This document shows, piece after piece, positions 12,775 to 26,509 of a stretch of DNA of 64,000 nt. A program made the position numbers and the translations under genes. Position 1 is the stretch's first letter; each line of letters begins with the position of its first letter. A model generated the notes under the pieces. The model did not search any database, was not told where the DNA came from, and saw only the letters and a program-made list of their open reading frames with translations. Origin of the DNA: Dimorphilus gyrociliatus. Its lineage: Eukaryota; Animalia; Annelida. The DNA lies in contig CAJFCJ010000002.1 of NCBI GenBank assembly GCA_904063045.1, positions 124,001 to 188,000 of the forward strand, in the 5' to 3' direction.

Positions 12775-15700
12775 ATGGTTCGTGGCTTTTTTAATTATGA
12801 CATTTTACTAATTGGAATACAAATTTATCTTGTAATATGTAAATTATTATACTTTCAGGCCGGAGTTTCCAACTCAGAAATCGAAACAGATCTAAAACGG
12901 ATCTTAAAACTTGATGAAGTTCAAGAACGGGTTGATGAAAAAGGTCAAGATTTTAAGCGACAAAAGCAACGATCAAAAAACAAGAAATCGAACAAAAAAC
13001 ACTGGCGCAACAATAGTAGAAAAAAATCACAAGCTGAAGAGTCAAGTAAATTTCGCGAAAGTGAACAGCCAGTAGATAATACTCGAAACACAACAATGAA
13101 TAATAATAATGTGAGTAAAATTGCCTGGTGCCATTGCTAAGATTAATTCCAACGTTTAACGAATGCAGAATATTCAAGAAACTGTTCAAACTTCAATATT
13201 ACCAAATCCGTCAACCAAGAAACACATAAATTCCGCTCACAATTCATCGCCATCGTCTACGCCCAGAGAATTAAGCAGTGCAAGTCAACAACAAGCACGA
13301 AAACAACAACATTCTCTCTCTCCTACTCCTATCTCTGCCGCGCATATTCCACCTCAAATGATACCTTATACTGCACATCAAGAACCTGTATTTAGTGTCT
13401 CTCCCAAACAACAGCATCTTCGTCAGACTTTTGATTCCTCTTATCAAATCAATCAAAATGTGCCTTCCCATTGTTTTGTGCAAGCTCAGCCTGTGCATCA
13501 CCAAAGGCCTATTGCCATAAATCAATCAAACCCTCGTCAACTTCATAATTTTAATAATAAAAAATATGTAGCAGATCATCAGTCAGCTCGAAGTCATAAT
13601 CCTCCAAGGACACCATCGCATCCTTTTAATCAAGGAAAAGATCAATATAATATGCAACCACAACGATTTGCGGACAATCATAATATGCTGTTAGGCAATA
13701 AACCAGATCTGAGAATTGTACGGGATAATTCCGAAAGTCGGAGGGTAGGATTTAGATCATCAGAACGAAAAAAAGATAAAGAAATAATTCGAGATACTCC
13801 TGAGTCTCACCCAATTGATCAGAAGTCACAACAGAAAGGTAACAGATTCAAAGAAAAAAAGGAAAAGAATGAAAAAACTGAAAGGAGCGAGAAAACCGAA
13901 AAACTCAAATCTGCTAATAGTAAGGAAAAAACGGACCCAGTAAAAAAAACTGTTCTTAATCCTAGTCCAAGAACAAGACAAAAAAGTGAAAATGAAAAAG
14001 AAAAAGAAAAGAAAGAGGAAAACAGCATCCCTAAGGAAAAAGAGAAACCCAAAGAGTCAAACAAAGGCAGTCATATTCTGAGTAAAGAAGAGCAGAAAGA
14101 ATTTGAAGGTATTTAGTTACAGTTAGTTTTCAATTTGTAAGGAAACTGCGATATTTTACAGAAAAAAATAGAGAAGATATAGCAAAATTAAGGAAAGAGT
14201 TTATATATCCGCTGAGCAAGGTTTGAAAAGAATAAAAGTCATATTGTGTCCTGAACTGTTTGAATTATTTAATTTCAGATAAAAGCAAAATTTCCTTGGG
14301 CTAGATTCTTTTGTCAACTGTGTGATTTACATCAAAGTGATTTGGAAGATGCAAATAAACATGGACAATCTAAAAAGCACATAATTAATTTGTTGCTGAA
14401 AAAGGATAAACAAATAGTATTAAAAATTCGTAACCCATCCAAAAGCCACAATGACCTGTTAACTGAAATGATTGAAACAGTTGTTGAGGAAAATGGTTTG
14501 ACAGAAGATGATTTTGACAACCGTTGGAAAGTAGCAATTGAATTGGAGCAACTATTACGAGAAGTGCATCCAAGTAAATATTTTTCATTAAGAAAAATCA
14601 ATTTTATAAAAAATTTGTGATTTTTAGAAGTAAAGTTACATATTGTTGGTTCTACTGCTACTGGTGCCGGAATTAAATCATCAGATTTGAATCTTGATAT
14701 TGAATTTGATGACCCTGAAATTTTACTCGATGTGTATCAGTTATTACAAAATAATGATTGCTATACTGATATAAAATTCAATAAGAAATGTCGAGTTGCT
14801 AGCGTTCATGCTGTTAAAGATGGTCTACCTTTGACTATTACCGTTGCTCAATCTAATACCAGAGATATGACAAAATTACTGAAAACGTTTATGATTATAG
14901 ATCAAAGAGCAAGAAAATTATGCATTGCTTTCAGAAAACTTGTGGATGTTATAGATGGAGGGTGTTTAGAAATGGGAATGATGCCAACTTTTATTTACTA
15001 CATTATGGTAGTATTTTTCCTTCAACAGTCACCATACCCTGTCTTACCAGTGCTACATCGGAAATTTAACAGATCGGATGATGTAGAAATAATTTGGGAT
15101 CCTGCTTTGGCAGTTAGAATTGGTTTAAATGAGAAGAAATTAAATAATTTAAGCCTGGGTGAATTATGGTTTGATCTTATAATGTTTTATGCCATTGAAT
15201 TTAATGCTCGAAGATTTGTTGTATCTATCCGCCAACTCCATGATGTACGAAAATATGATAGACGATGGTTTAGGAAAGTCTACTCTGTTGAAGGTAGTGT
15301 TTATGAAACATTTTAAAGAGTAGAGTTTTATTGTAATTTTTTGTCATTTTCACTCAAACAGATCCGATGAACCCGAAAATGAACATGATTAAAAGCTTAT
15401 CAGCCACTGGATTTAATTATTTGCAAACTGCATGGTACAAAGCAGCTTTATATTACGGCAAAAAGTTAAACAAATTCTCCAATGAAGAACCGTTGATTAG
15501 ACCTTGGGATATAGGAACAGGAAGAAAGTTATGGGAGAATACTGACGATGAAATAAGTGATAACGAAACAATATCGAAAGATGAAATTGATACTACAAAT
15601 GCTACGGGCAAATCAAGAGAATCACCAGAAGAGATTCAAAAGCTAGGTAGGCAGTCACGAAAAGAAACTAAGGATAATTGTCAGAAAGAAGTGTCTGAGA

Positions 15701-17591
15701 AAGATACTTTGAGGGAGGCTGATACCAAAGCGACTGAGATCGATGATAAGAATGAGAACTTGAATGATAAAGTCAAAGAAGAAGAGGAAGTAGAGGATGA
15801 AGAAAATTTTAAATTCACCATTGATGCTAAAATTTTTAATTTAGTTAAGGTTGTATTTTTAATGAGTTTTATTATTGAAAACTTCTTAAAGTCTGCTTTC
15901 ACATATTCAGCCTGCACCATCTGTTTGCACGCTTTGTGACGAGGAGGGACACTCAAAAATAAATTGCCCCAATGAAGAACTTCCAGAACTTGAGGAGCTT
16001 CCTGCTTATAATAAAAGCTGGGACAAAACTCTAACAGATGTTCTGAGAAAAATTCCTGGTAAGAATTTATTCAGTCCTCATGTTAAAATTTTAAGTCTAT
16101 ATTCGCTTCAGAATTATGTGAGTTGAAAGAAAAAGATTTCATCGCAAGGGAAACAGTAATGCAAACACTTGCAAATCGAATATCCACTGAATTTAAAGGT
16201 AAATTCTATTTTTGTGCTATTATCATAACTACTTTGAAAATATTTCCAGACGTATGGCTTAGCTTGTTTGGTTCGTCAAACAATGGCTTTGGATTCAAAG
16301 ATTCTGATATTGATGTCTGCATGACTTTGCGCAGGTCGCCAGTCTTACCAAAGAATATACATTCAGAATACGTTATTAAGAGGGTTTCTAAAGTTCTGAA
16401 ACACTGTGGGGAATTTAGAGAAATCATGGATATTCCCAGTGCCAAGGTACCAATTGTTAAGTTTACCCATAAGGACACTGGCTTAGATGGCGATATAAGC
16501 TTGTACAATACACTTGCTCTAAGAAATACTAGACTATTGTACACATACTCTCAGATTGATGAAAGATGTCGGATTCTAGGTTATACAAGTAAAATTTTTG
16601 CTCGGGTAATATTTTTATGTTTTCCAAATGAATTCAAATTTACAAACATGATATTCTGATAGAGGTGTGATATTGGCGATGCGTCAAGGGGCAGTCTGTC
16701 TTCATATGCATACATTTTAATGGTTATTTACTTTTTACAACAAACCGAACCCCCTGTTCTTCCTGTTCTTCAAGAGGTATATTTAAACCACAATTTAAAC
16801 ATAATTTTAACATTAGAATAATTAAAGCTCTACGACGGATCTGAACCTCCAAAGTATTACGTTGAAGGCTGTAACACATACTTTTTCGACAACATTAAAG
16901 ATATAATTGTAAGCTAATAAAAAAATAAGCATAAAATACTTTAAACAAAACAATTTTAGGAGGGAAGAGTCTGGAATTGTAACCGAAACACAAAATCTGC
17001 TGGTGAACTCTGGCTAGATATGCTCAAGTTTTACACAGAGAAATTTGACTTTTCCAATACTGTAATATCTATCAGACAAAAGAAAAGTTTATCTACGTTG
17101 AAAAAACTTTGGACAGGATGCGCTATGGCTATCGAGGATCCTTTCGATTTGAATCATAATTTAGGAGGTTTTTTAACTGGTCGAATGCGAAATTTCATAC
17201 TACAAGCTTTTCGTCGAGCCCGTGTAGTTTTTGGAACACCGCTAGATCATATTCCTGATGATTTTGAATCTTATGAGGAGTACCTATTTTCTAGACAAGC
17301 TTTGTATCCTGGAAAAGAGCGTCCTAAGGACAGACTCTGCCGCAAATGTGGACACGTTGGTCATACTTCAAGGGACTGCAAGCGCAAGCGACAGTAAGTT
17401 CTGTAATATTTCTAACAAGCTAAGTTAATAAACTTATTCATTACAGAAATTCTAGAGGAGAAAAACCAATAGATGATGACGATACCTGGTGGCGTCGTTC
17501 ATTTAGCGAAGTTGAAGAAGTGAAAAAGGATAAGAGAAATGCTGATGAAAATGGAAAAAATGATAAAGAAAAATTAGAAAAGACGATTTGA
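12775..17591 (+). CDS. TUT4: Terminal uridylyltransferase 4/7-like (ZCCHC11/ZCCHC6)
   Basis: C2H2-type finger (FCQLCDLH...HGQSKKH), degenerate first NTase (VGS...SSDLNLD), CCHC knuckle [14 protein letters not shown], active NTase ([18 protein letters not shown]), PAP-associated [13 protein letters not shown] and second knuckle [14 protein letters not shown]. The start ATG at 12775 is inferred to be followed directly by intron 12778-12858. TUT4 versus TUT7 cannot be resolved. Confidence 0.92.
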
Positions 17592-17711
17592 TTTTTGATA
17601 TGTTATGTTATTTAATATGATGTTACAAATTTTGGTTTATTGAGAACATGAAACTTTGTTCTGTCTTTAAAATCTATATTAATTTTTGCTAGTCACACAT
17701 ACAAACAGTGA

Positions 17712-20700
17712 TCACGACACCACTCTCTTAGCCTTTAAATCTTCTTTAACTTTCCAAATAGCTAGCTCCATTGCTGCTACAGCATCTTCTTTGCTATCGT
17801 GGCCATCAACATTGTTCTGGATTATTTTCTGAAAGATAATTGCAAACTAGTAGTGTAGGTTTCGTCTATAATGATGGAGGTTACCTGCAAATACTGACTC
17901 ATCAAGTTTTTTAATGCTCTTTTATGAGGCGGTCCCAGCTTATGGGGAAATATCACTGAAGTATCAACCACACATCGATGACTAATCTGTTAAATTGTAT
18001 GATTTTAAACCTTTTCAATCAATTTTTTTAATGTTAAATTGTAAATACCTTCAAAGCTATTAAATCAGACTCTAGACTGTGTCCAATAAGAATTGATCGC
18101 GATGATATAATATCCCGCAATATATCTTGAGCTTCTTGTAGACTGTAGGTCACACCTTTCATGTTTTCTTCCGATAGTCCACTAAATCTAGTATTATAAT
18201 CAATAATAGGAGTAGAGGGAAGAACCTTCATCTCAATAACTGTATCAAAATCTGAGTCAACCAACGTAACTCTTGCTAATTCCATTCCTTTAACAGTATA
18301 AACCATTTCACAATCAACGGCATAAACTCCGCACTCTTCTTTTGTTTTGAATGAGTGCGGCTGTGTCTGCACAAATCCTTCGAAATCCAAGTATTTATTC
18401 GAATCATGAACGTGATTCTTGAGGTACAGAAAATAATTACTGTTATATTATTTATTAAAATTGGTTAATATCACAACCTTTGCAAAGCAACACCCCTTGG
18501 CACTCAAATCACCAGAGCAACATGTATAACGATTATCAACCGAACCAGCAACTATAGGCAAAATTAATTAATTACTTATTCATGAGCTTTCCCATTAACA
18601 GTACCTCTTCTTCTATAAGACCTTCCGTAATGATAAACGCATTCTCTTTCGCTTTCGTATTGTCCACTTTCTAGAATAGAAAACACCTCGCCACATCTAC
18701 TGCATATTTTATCTTGCGCTAACGGGAGATAGGATAAAAGATAGAGAAATAGATAAAATCAGAATGGATTATTTGATTACATCAATTAAATAAAATTAAT
18801 TTCGTGTAAATTTAGCAACTTTATTAGATGACATAGTAAATATAGTATCATTAATTAACAAAGTTTCCTTCAAGGAGAAATACAAAGTTACTTTACTTAC
18901 GTTTTAATAATTTATTTAAAGATTTTGGAGGCCTTAGACTTGTATCAATAACAACTTTGGTTTGATCATTAGGATTAACAAGGGGAAAGCCATTTTCCTT
19001 TAATTGTTGTGCAGTTAAAATATGTTTTTCTAGATGTTTATATAAATCAGACGCTGAAAATAGAATTTACATGTAATTTTATATTTGCTTAATAAATAAC
19101 TGTGACGGATAATCTTATAAACCTATTTGCAGTCTCTTGCACTTTTTTCTATTATATTAATGAGTACCTTTTAATTTTCCAGAAAAGTCATATTGAGCTC
19201 CAGAGCGTCGCACAGTATAATTCGTCGTAAGCGCTTTATACCCCCCTAGAATCATTGAGTGTGTCAAAACTGATTCTTTATTATTGCTCTGTTTGATATC
19301 CGGCTTTTCGTTCGCTTTTCTCAAGCGATTAATCAAGTTTATAGCGAGATTCAAATACCCTTTTTTACTTGGAGCTCTTGCGCAGAGTTGTTTTTCCTCA
19401 TTCTCCGCCTAATTAAACAATATGTTTTAAAATTCATTTCTAGAAATTAGAAGGTTTACCTGAGGGTACGCGTCTTTATCCTGTAGACCCATTTTTAAAA
19501 ACTCTTCTATTATCAGATTCAAATATCTCTGCCTAACGTTTGTAGGTACAATTCCTTTTGAATCCGGAATTATTATAGGCTTCTTAATTACTCCCTAGGT
19601 ATACAAAATTTAATTAAGAATTTAATCTAGTTAATTTAAAAAGCTAACAGGATTATGAGCCACCCGTTTAGTCTTCCCGTCTTTATTAATAGTACCACAT
19701 GGAGTTGCCATCTTTTTATTTGTCGCCGCATTAACTTTATCCTTCTATGTCAACGTTAAAATAATTTGTATAATGATATATATTATATATACAGAAAACT
19801 CCACCTCGTTTCGCATTTGACGATAATGTAATAATCTATTTTGCATGACTTCCACAGGCGATGGTACATGAACTGGTTTAGGTAGCTGACGGTTTACCTT
19901 TTAAATTCAACAATAAGCTCTGTTAAGAGAATTTAAATTTCCACTAAATCATTTTACCTTTTCAGCACCAGCGTGAGCTATTCTATGTTTAGATTGACTG
20001 TCTGAAAATTGGGTACTTTCGGTTGATAATGAATCATTTTTCTTGGCAGATGTTGAAACACTGGGGTCGGTTATATTAGGAGTAGCTTTTTTTCCGCTAT
20101 CTCGCAAGCAAACAATAGTTTCATTATCACTACTTGAATCACCGAATAATTCTTCGTGACTTATTATACGTTTGGGTTTCTGATTTTTAGAATCGTTTTT
20201 CGATTTAGATGTTTTCTTCTCATCCTTCTTATTTTTCGATTTACTTTCAGACTTATTAGAAGAGTGTTTTTTATCTTCTGAACGTTTTTTATCTCTTGAT
20301 TTTTCATGCTCATGACTCTTGTCTATTTCTTTGTCAGATTTTTTACCCTCGTTCTTTTTATCCCGATCAGAATGGTGATGTCGACGACTCTTCTTTTTAT
20401 AACTAGAATTTGATTTTTTCTTGCTATCTTTATTGCCTTCTCCATTATCCTTTGAATCTTTGGTACTAGTCGTCTTCTCAATTTCTCTATCAATCTCTCG
20501 GTCCCCTGTTAAATCCTTCTTTTCTTTCTCAATCGCTTCGGTCTTAATTATTTTCTCACTAATTGAAGATTTATCTTCCTCTTTCGATTCCTTCTTTAGA
20601 CTCTCCATAGGACATTTATTAATGCCAGCAGAGTTTTCAATTTGATCAGCTTTTGAAGGATTGCCCTTAGCCTCACTATGAACATTAACGGCAGTTTCAC

Positions 20701-21435
20701 TTTCGGTAGTTTTCTCTGGACAACCTTTACAATTGACTTTACTGATTTGCTTAACGATTGCGTAATCCGTTTCCGTTAAAGTATCATCAAAATCAATTTT
20801 ATTATGTGAATGGTTGTTAATACAAGAATTATTCTCGGTTCTTGGTCGCTTTTCTTTTGTTTCTATATCAGAGTTGTCCTCTTTCTTCCTCTTTAGCGCC
20901 TGCGGTTCATATTTTGGTGTCGGAACATAGTCACTTGTGGAGGGTGTCTTATGACAAAAATATTTTGTTTATAGTGTAAAAGTGTGGGCAATTGTAAAGC
21001 ACCTTATTACTAGAGTCCGATTGAGATTTAAGTAGATGTCGAGGTGTCGGTTTATAAAAAGCTACTGGGGCTCGGTTTACGGCTTGAAAATTTAAGGCTG
21101 GCTTCAATTTACTTTGCTACGGAGACGTAAAAGAAGTACATTACAAGAATTTATTAAAACAACGTGTTTTGCCTACTTTATAACGCTTTTTGTATTCATC
21201 AATTTCTCTTTGGGTTTTGCGTACAGCTGCACTTAAAGATGCTATGAGAGTGCTAGTTTTGGCTGGAGAAGAATTATAATTTGGTTAGTTAAAAACAACT
21301 TAAAGAAATTTTTAACATACGAATAGCTTTCTCCGAGTACGTAGAGTGCTTATAGTGACAATGAGGTCTTTCGCAAAGACCGTTAGCATAAAAGGGACAT
21401 AAATGAGACTTGAAATATCCCGAGGCTTTGAACAT
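17712..21435 (-). CDS. REXO1: RNA exonuclease 1 homolog (DEDDh, Elongin-A-binding)
   Basis: N-terminal [16 protein letters not shown]...[10 protein letters not shown] and exonuclease motifs [32 protein letters not shown]. Lys/Ser-rich middle region. Confidence 0.93.
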
Positions 21436-22123
21436 TTTGACTCGTTTTTCGGTGAGCGATAATACGTTAGGAGTTTAGTTGAGGCACAGCATTTGCATTT
21501 CTATCTGCCAAATACAGAGTAAGTTGTGCTGTTAGCTAATTTCTTAGCTTTCGTCTTCAAAAAGAGCTTATTTCTAGAGAGTTTTCAAAAGACATTCTCT
21601 GGTTTATGCAATCTAGTTAGAATTTATCACAGCTGGCGAAATATTCCGAGGAGCTACTTCATGTTGGATGTCGCCACACAGATGTATTTAAATGGAAATA
21701 TATTTCGTTTTGTTCCCTTTCATATAAATTACAGTAAAATAAATAGTAGTCTTTTTTATATAAATAAATCGTTAATATTTAAGAAAATTTATATTTCAAT
21801 ATCAAACAACAGACAAGTCCGTGACATTAATATGCAAACCCCTAAACGACCTTTGATTTAAGAAATGTTTTATTGCAATAACACAGGAGATCCTGCCTTT
21901 TAAGATTCTAAGATTAAGATGTCCCGGAGTCACACTCTATAAATTCAGCAAAAAAAGATCCCTGAATTTGGTAAGAATTAAAATCTGTCAAGTAATATAA
22001 TGTTACTACTTAAATGCAAATAGTTTTATCTTTGTTTTACTTATTAACCTTTGAGCTTTTGTCCTATTAGTAATCATTGAATCATTTATGGTTTGATCAT
22101 TTTTCTCACATAGAAATGTGATA

Positions 22124-23077
22124 ATGGATGATAAAAATGTCTCAGCTAGCAGGCAGGTGATTACATCATTAGCTGCTGGCGCATTTGCAGGTGCTGTTGC
22201 TAAGACTACAATAGCACCTCTAGACAGATGTAAAATTAACTTTCAGGTAGTATGAAATATATGAAAATCTCTTACGTATATCACTTAAAAATTCTTATAT
22301 ATCAAGGTTCGACAATGGCGTTACACATTCACTGGAGCTTTCAAATTTTTAGTTCAGACTTATAAAAAGGAGGGCTTTACTAGTTTATGGCGAGGAAATA
22401 CTGCAACTTTGGCTAGAATTATCCCTTCTGCAGCAATACAATATGCTTCTCACGAGCAATGGAGGAACCTGCTTGTACTTTTCACTGGCTCAAATTCAAT
22501 TCGAGAGCTACCTTCCCACTGGAGATTTGTCGCTGGATCACTAGCTGGAGTAACAGCTTCCACATGTACTTATCCATTAGATCTGGCTAGAGCAAGAATG
22601 GCTGTCACACCTAAAGACCGCTATGCCAATATTTTTCAAGTTTTTATGAATATCCTTAGAGAAGAAGGCGTGTCGAGTCTTTATAGAGGCTATAGTGCCT
22701 CCGTATTAGGTGTCATACCTTATGCAGGGGTTTCATTTGGTACATATGAGTCTTTGAAATGGTTTCATCAGGATCCGTTAACTCCCTTACATCGATTGGG
22801 TTTTGGAGCACTTGCGGGGCTTTTGGGTCAAACTTCATCATATCCCTTAGATATTGCCAGAAGGCGAATGCAGACTTCTGAGGCTCTGGGTGGAAATCAG
22901 CATTATAAAACAATTTTGACAACATTTGTTTACGTCTATCGAACTGAAGGTTTAAGAAGAGGACTTTACAAGGGTCTTAGTATGAATTGGATAAAAGGTC
23001 CAATAGGGGTTGGCATTAGTTTCACAATCTTCGATACCGTTCAGTATATTTTGAGATGGGCATGGCCATTGGAATAA
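22124..23077 (+). CDS. SLC25A42: Mitochondrial CoA carrier SLC25A42-like
   Basis: Three carrier repeats ([35 protein letters not shown]) and [21 protein letters not shown]. One intron after FQ. Confidence 0.9.
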
Positions 23078-23830
23078 CAAATTAACTTTAGCTTCTACAA
23101 TTAATTGATAATGTTTTTTTATTCGGTAAACTTGCATACTAATATAAAGACAATGAAGGAAAATAAAATATCCATTAAAAAAAAGGCGCGAAAAATTACC
23201 AGTTTATTGATTTAGTGAGGTAGCTAGAATCAATCAAGAAAATTCATTCACATTCAGATTCGAATCCTATACCAGTCTAGAATTGTATATTTACTATTTT
23301 ACCACAGCGTCATTAAAGCACGTGAAAACTGTTTATTAAATTCGCATTTTAACCTAACTCAGGAAGACGGTAAATATAATATCCTTCCTAAAAGCATACT
23401 TTTATTGAGAGATTAAATATAGGTTGCCATTACAAATTCAGTTTTCGGTTATTAATAAAAAAAGTTATTCATTCGAACAAGAAGTATGTCTTATAAGGTT
23501 CAAATTACTTTAATCAGTATTAATTACTTATTATTGTCCCATCTTCAAAAAACACCAATTAAGTTAAACTAATTGTGATATGAAATTGGTGGATAATGAC
23601 TAAGAGTATTAGTGTATATACCATCATACAATTATGCAATATGCGTCCTGGAAGAAATTATTAATCTTACCTTATTGAGAAAAATAGAATGAAATGGATA
23701 TGTTCTTGAAAGTCTTCATTTAGTCACGCATGTGTATAAAGAATAAATAATGAGAAGAGGACTTGAGAGATCCGATATCAAAAATATACATTGTCAAGAT
23801 AACAATTCTTATCTATAATATTTTCCAGAA

Positions 23831-24489
23831 ATGGGAAAAGTTAAGAAGACTAAAGACGAAGTTGAGGAAGCAGATGACGGAGCAAACAAAGGAGATCAAT
23901 TCAAAGAATTACTGGAGAGAGTTAATGCTATTGCGAACCCTATAGCATCTAGAAAGCTTTCAAAAAGAATACTCAAGTTAGTGAAGAAAGGTAAACGAGT
24001 GCTTTGTTTGTAATGTTTCTGTACTAATAAGTTATAATTTTAGCAAACGCTAACAAGAGTCTTATTCGCGGAGTTAAAGCCGTACAAAAGTCGATTCGAA
24101 AGCAAAAGAAAGGGCAAGTATAAAGTTTTTCTATCGAAGAACGCTTTGAAATATTTATGAAGGCACTTTTTAAACATTATATTTTCTACAGGATAGTTAT
24201 TCTAGCTGGTGACGTGACGCCCATCGACGTTATCAGCCACTTTCCAGTTTTGTGCGAAGAATCTGAAATTCCATATTGCTACGTACCATCTAAGGAGGTA
24301 GGATTACTAAAATTTCAACAATGTCATTTATGAGCCAATAAATAATTTTACTTATTTTAGCACTTTGGACAAGCAGTAAATTCGAAGAAATGGGTACTGA
24401 CCGCGATGATTACGAAAAATAACGACTACGAAGATTTGTATAACCAGGTCTATGAAGAAGTTGATGCTTTACCTCTACCGATTCAATAG
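23831..24489 (+). CDS. NHP2: H/ACA ribonucleoprotein subunit NHP2 (L7Ae family)
   Basis: LERVNAIANPIASRKLSKRILKLVKK...LIRGVKAVQKSIRK...IVILAGDVTPIDVISHFPVLCEESEIPYCYVPSK. Four exons; intron 2 is GC-AG. Confidence 0.93.
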
Positions 24490-25830
24490 AGGGCACTACA
24501 ATAGACTAATTTCCGGTTACGAGTTGAAAAGAAGGTTAACGAATTTTTGTTGCGACGTCACTTGCAAATAGAAATGATTAAATAGACAAAGAAGCAGCTG
24601 TTTGTCTTAATTACCGACCGGCTGGAACGCTTTTAGACGCACTCATATCAGATAAGCGATAACGGGGACAGGTAGCAAATATAGAATACGTTTCCTTTAT
24701 TTCTTGGGTTTCACGTCCGGCGTCTTGCCGATTACTTGTAAATTAAAAAATATTACCCGATTCCTAGCTCAATCGCCCTAAACAAAATAATTTATTTACC
24801 AAGCGTCTCTGAATGTTTACCGAGCATTACCTTTCATAATATGACTGGAAAGAATGGAATTAGAACGCTACAGAAACAGCAGGTGATGACAGAAGCAGAA
24901 AATCTAATTTAGCACCAAGTGGCGTTCCCCGCTTAATAATTCCAGAGACGCTCTGTCTCTTGTCTACAATATTGTTTAAAAAAAGATTTTTAATTTTTCT
25001 TCCCTGCTTTTAACGCAACGCGTGAGCGCCATACAAATCGATTTGTCAACGGCGTCTAATTTCTATCGGCCTATACAGCGTCTTAGCGTCTGCAATATTC
25101 CAGTAACTGTATGCACGCGGTGCGTGACCGGCTTACTGAATTGACGTCCGACGACGACGCTTTTATACACATAACACATATACGCCGACTGCAAAAAAAG
25201 TGACGGCTGTTCGTTGCGCCCCCTAGTCTTAGCAATGTACATATTGATCGTCATTCTGAAGAAAACTCTCAACAAGTGGACGCCTTTTTTTAAACATCCA
25301 ATCCGATTAAGCAGGTATATTTTAATTACGCAATAATGTAAGCGTCTCTTTTACAGCGACCATCAAAACGTAGGCTTAAGGCAGAAAGATTTCGGATAAG
25401 CGTAATCCGAAAAATTCGTGTCCATATTGTTGGCAGAAAAATTGATGCCGGACGTTGACGGTGACGCTTTACCTGCGTAACCCTACTCCGAGCCTAATTA
25501 CGGTCAGATGCCAAAAAACGAAATTATAGTCTATTTTCTACTTGATTTACAAACTAGACGCGCCCAGAAACGGTCGACCATATGCTACAATTAGACGCTT
25601 CGCGATAATGGGGCGTTACTTTCCAACGACCGTTGTGCTAGGCCTTCTTCGACAAAAGTCCCTGTGCATAATAAATGTCAAATTTCTTCGGAGAGAAAGT
25701 ATTGCTTGTTTTTTCTTCAATCAATATATCAACCAACGTTTAAAAGGCGGCGGCGTCTACAAAGGGACGGTTATGAATTTTTTATTAACGTCAACAAGGC
25801 CGATAATAGATAACTCCGGCTGGTGTCTGG

Positions 25831-25889
25831 TGCGCGTATTCTGAAGGAATTAGATAATAGTATGTCTTATTGCTTGAGAATACACGTAG
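25831..25889 (+). ncRNA. mir-137: pre-miR-137 hairpin; mature 3p arm TTATTGCTTGAGAATACACGTAG at 25867-25889
   Basis: The 3p arm matches the protostome miR-137 mature sequence as I recall it. The 5p arm TGCGCGTATTCTGAAGGAATTAGA pairs along it, and basal GCTGGT (25819-25824) pairs with ACCAGC (25894-25899). Confidence 0.93.
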
Positions 25890-26509
25890 TGTGACCAGCG
25901 ATCCCATCGAAGGCCTATTCGGGAAGGAGACGCTCTAAATTGAGAAGCTTATAAATTATTCGTAGTTTGTCAATATCTAACGGGCGGTTTCGCTTCGTTT
26001 CAGTTTTACATGCATCGATTTTGCAATAAAGGCAAATTTTCCTGTGATTTGTTGTTTCGTCGTACCAATTTATGGTATTAAAGAGACTTTAGCTAATTAT
26101 TTCCAAATCCGTTCAAGGCTATAGATGGCTATTCCCAGAGGTTCAATTAACTAACCGCCATCTTAAGAGTTTGGAATGTCATGTTTATATATACAGCATG
26201 TATAAATAAATCAACAAGAAAATATATACACTGTATATACTCAAATATCCATTAATACATAGATGCCAGCATTTAAGCATAAAGATATAAACTTTTATAC
26301 TTAAATCTATTCATATATGTACAGGGTTATCTGGTATATACAGTATGTATGTCTATAAACTTGATATACGTACACAAGTGACCGTATGGAACGTATAATT
26401 ATACAAAATATAATAAAATTAATAAATTCAATACACTCACTGAACACTAAATGGCGCCATCTGAAGTTTCATTCATCAATAAATGTATAATAAACATCGA
26501 AAAAATATT

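Noticed and set aside
25113-25122. GCACGCGGTG resembling the middle of miR-124
   Set aside because: The seed differs and the local stem has a 3-nt loop, unlike a pre-miRNA.
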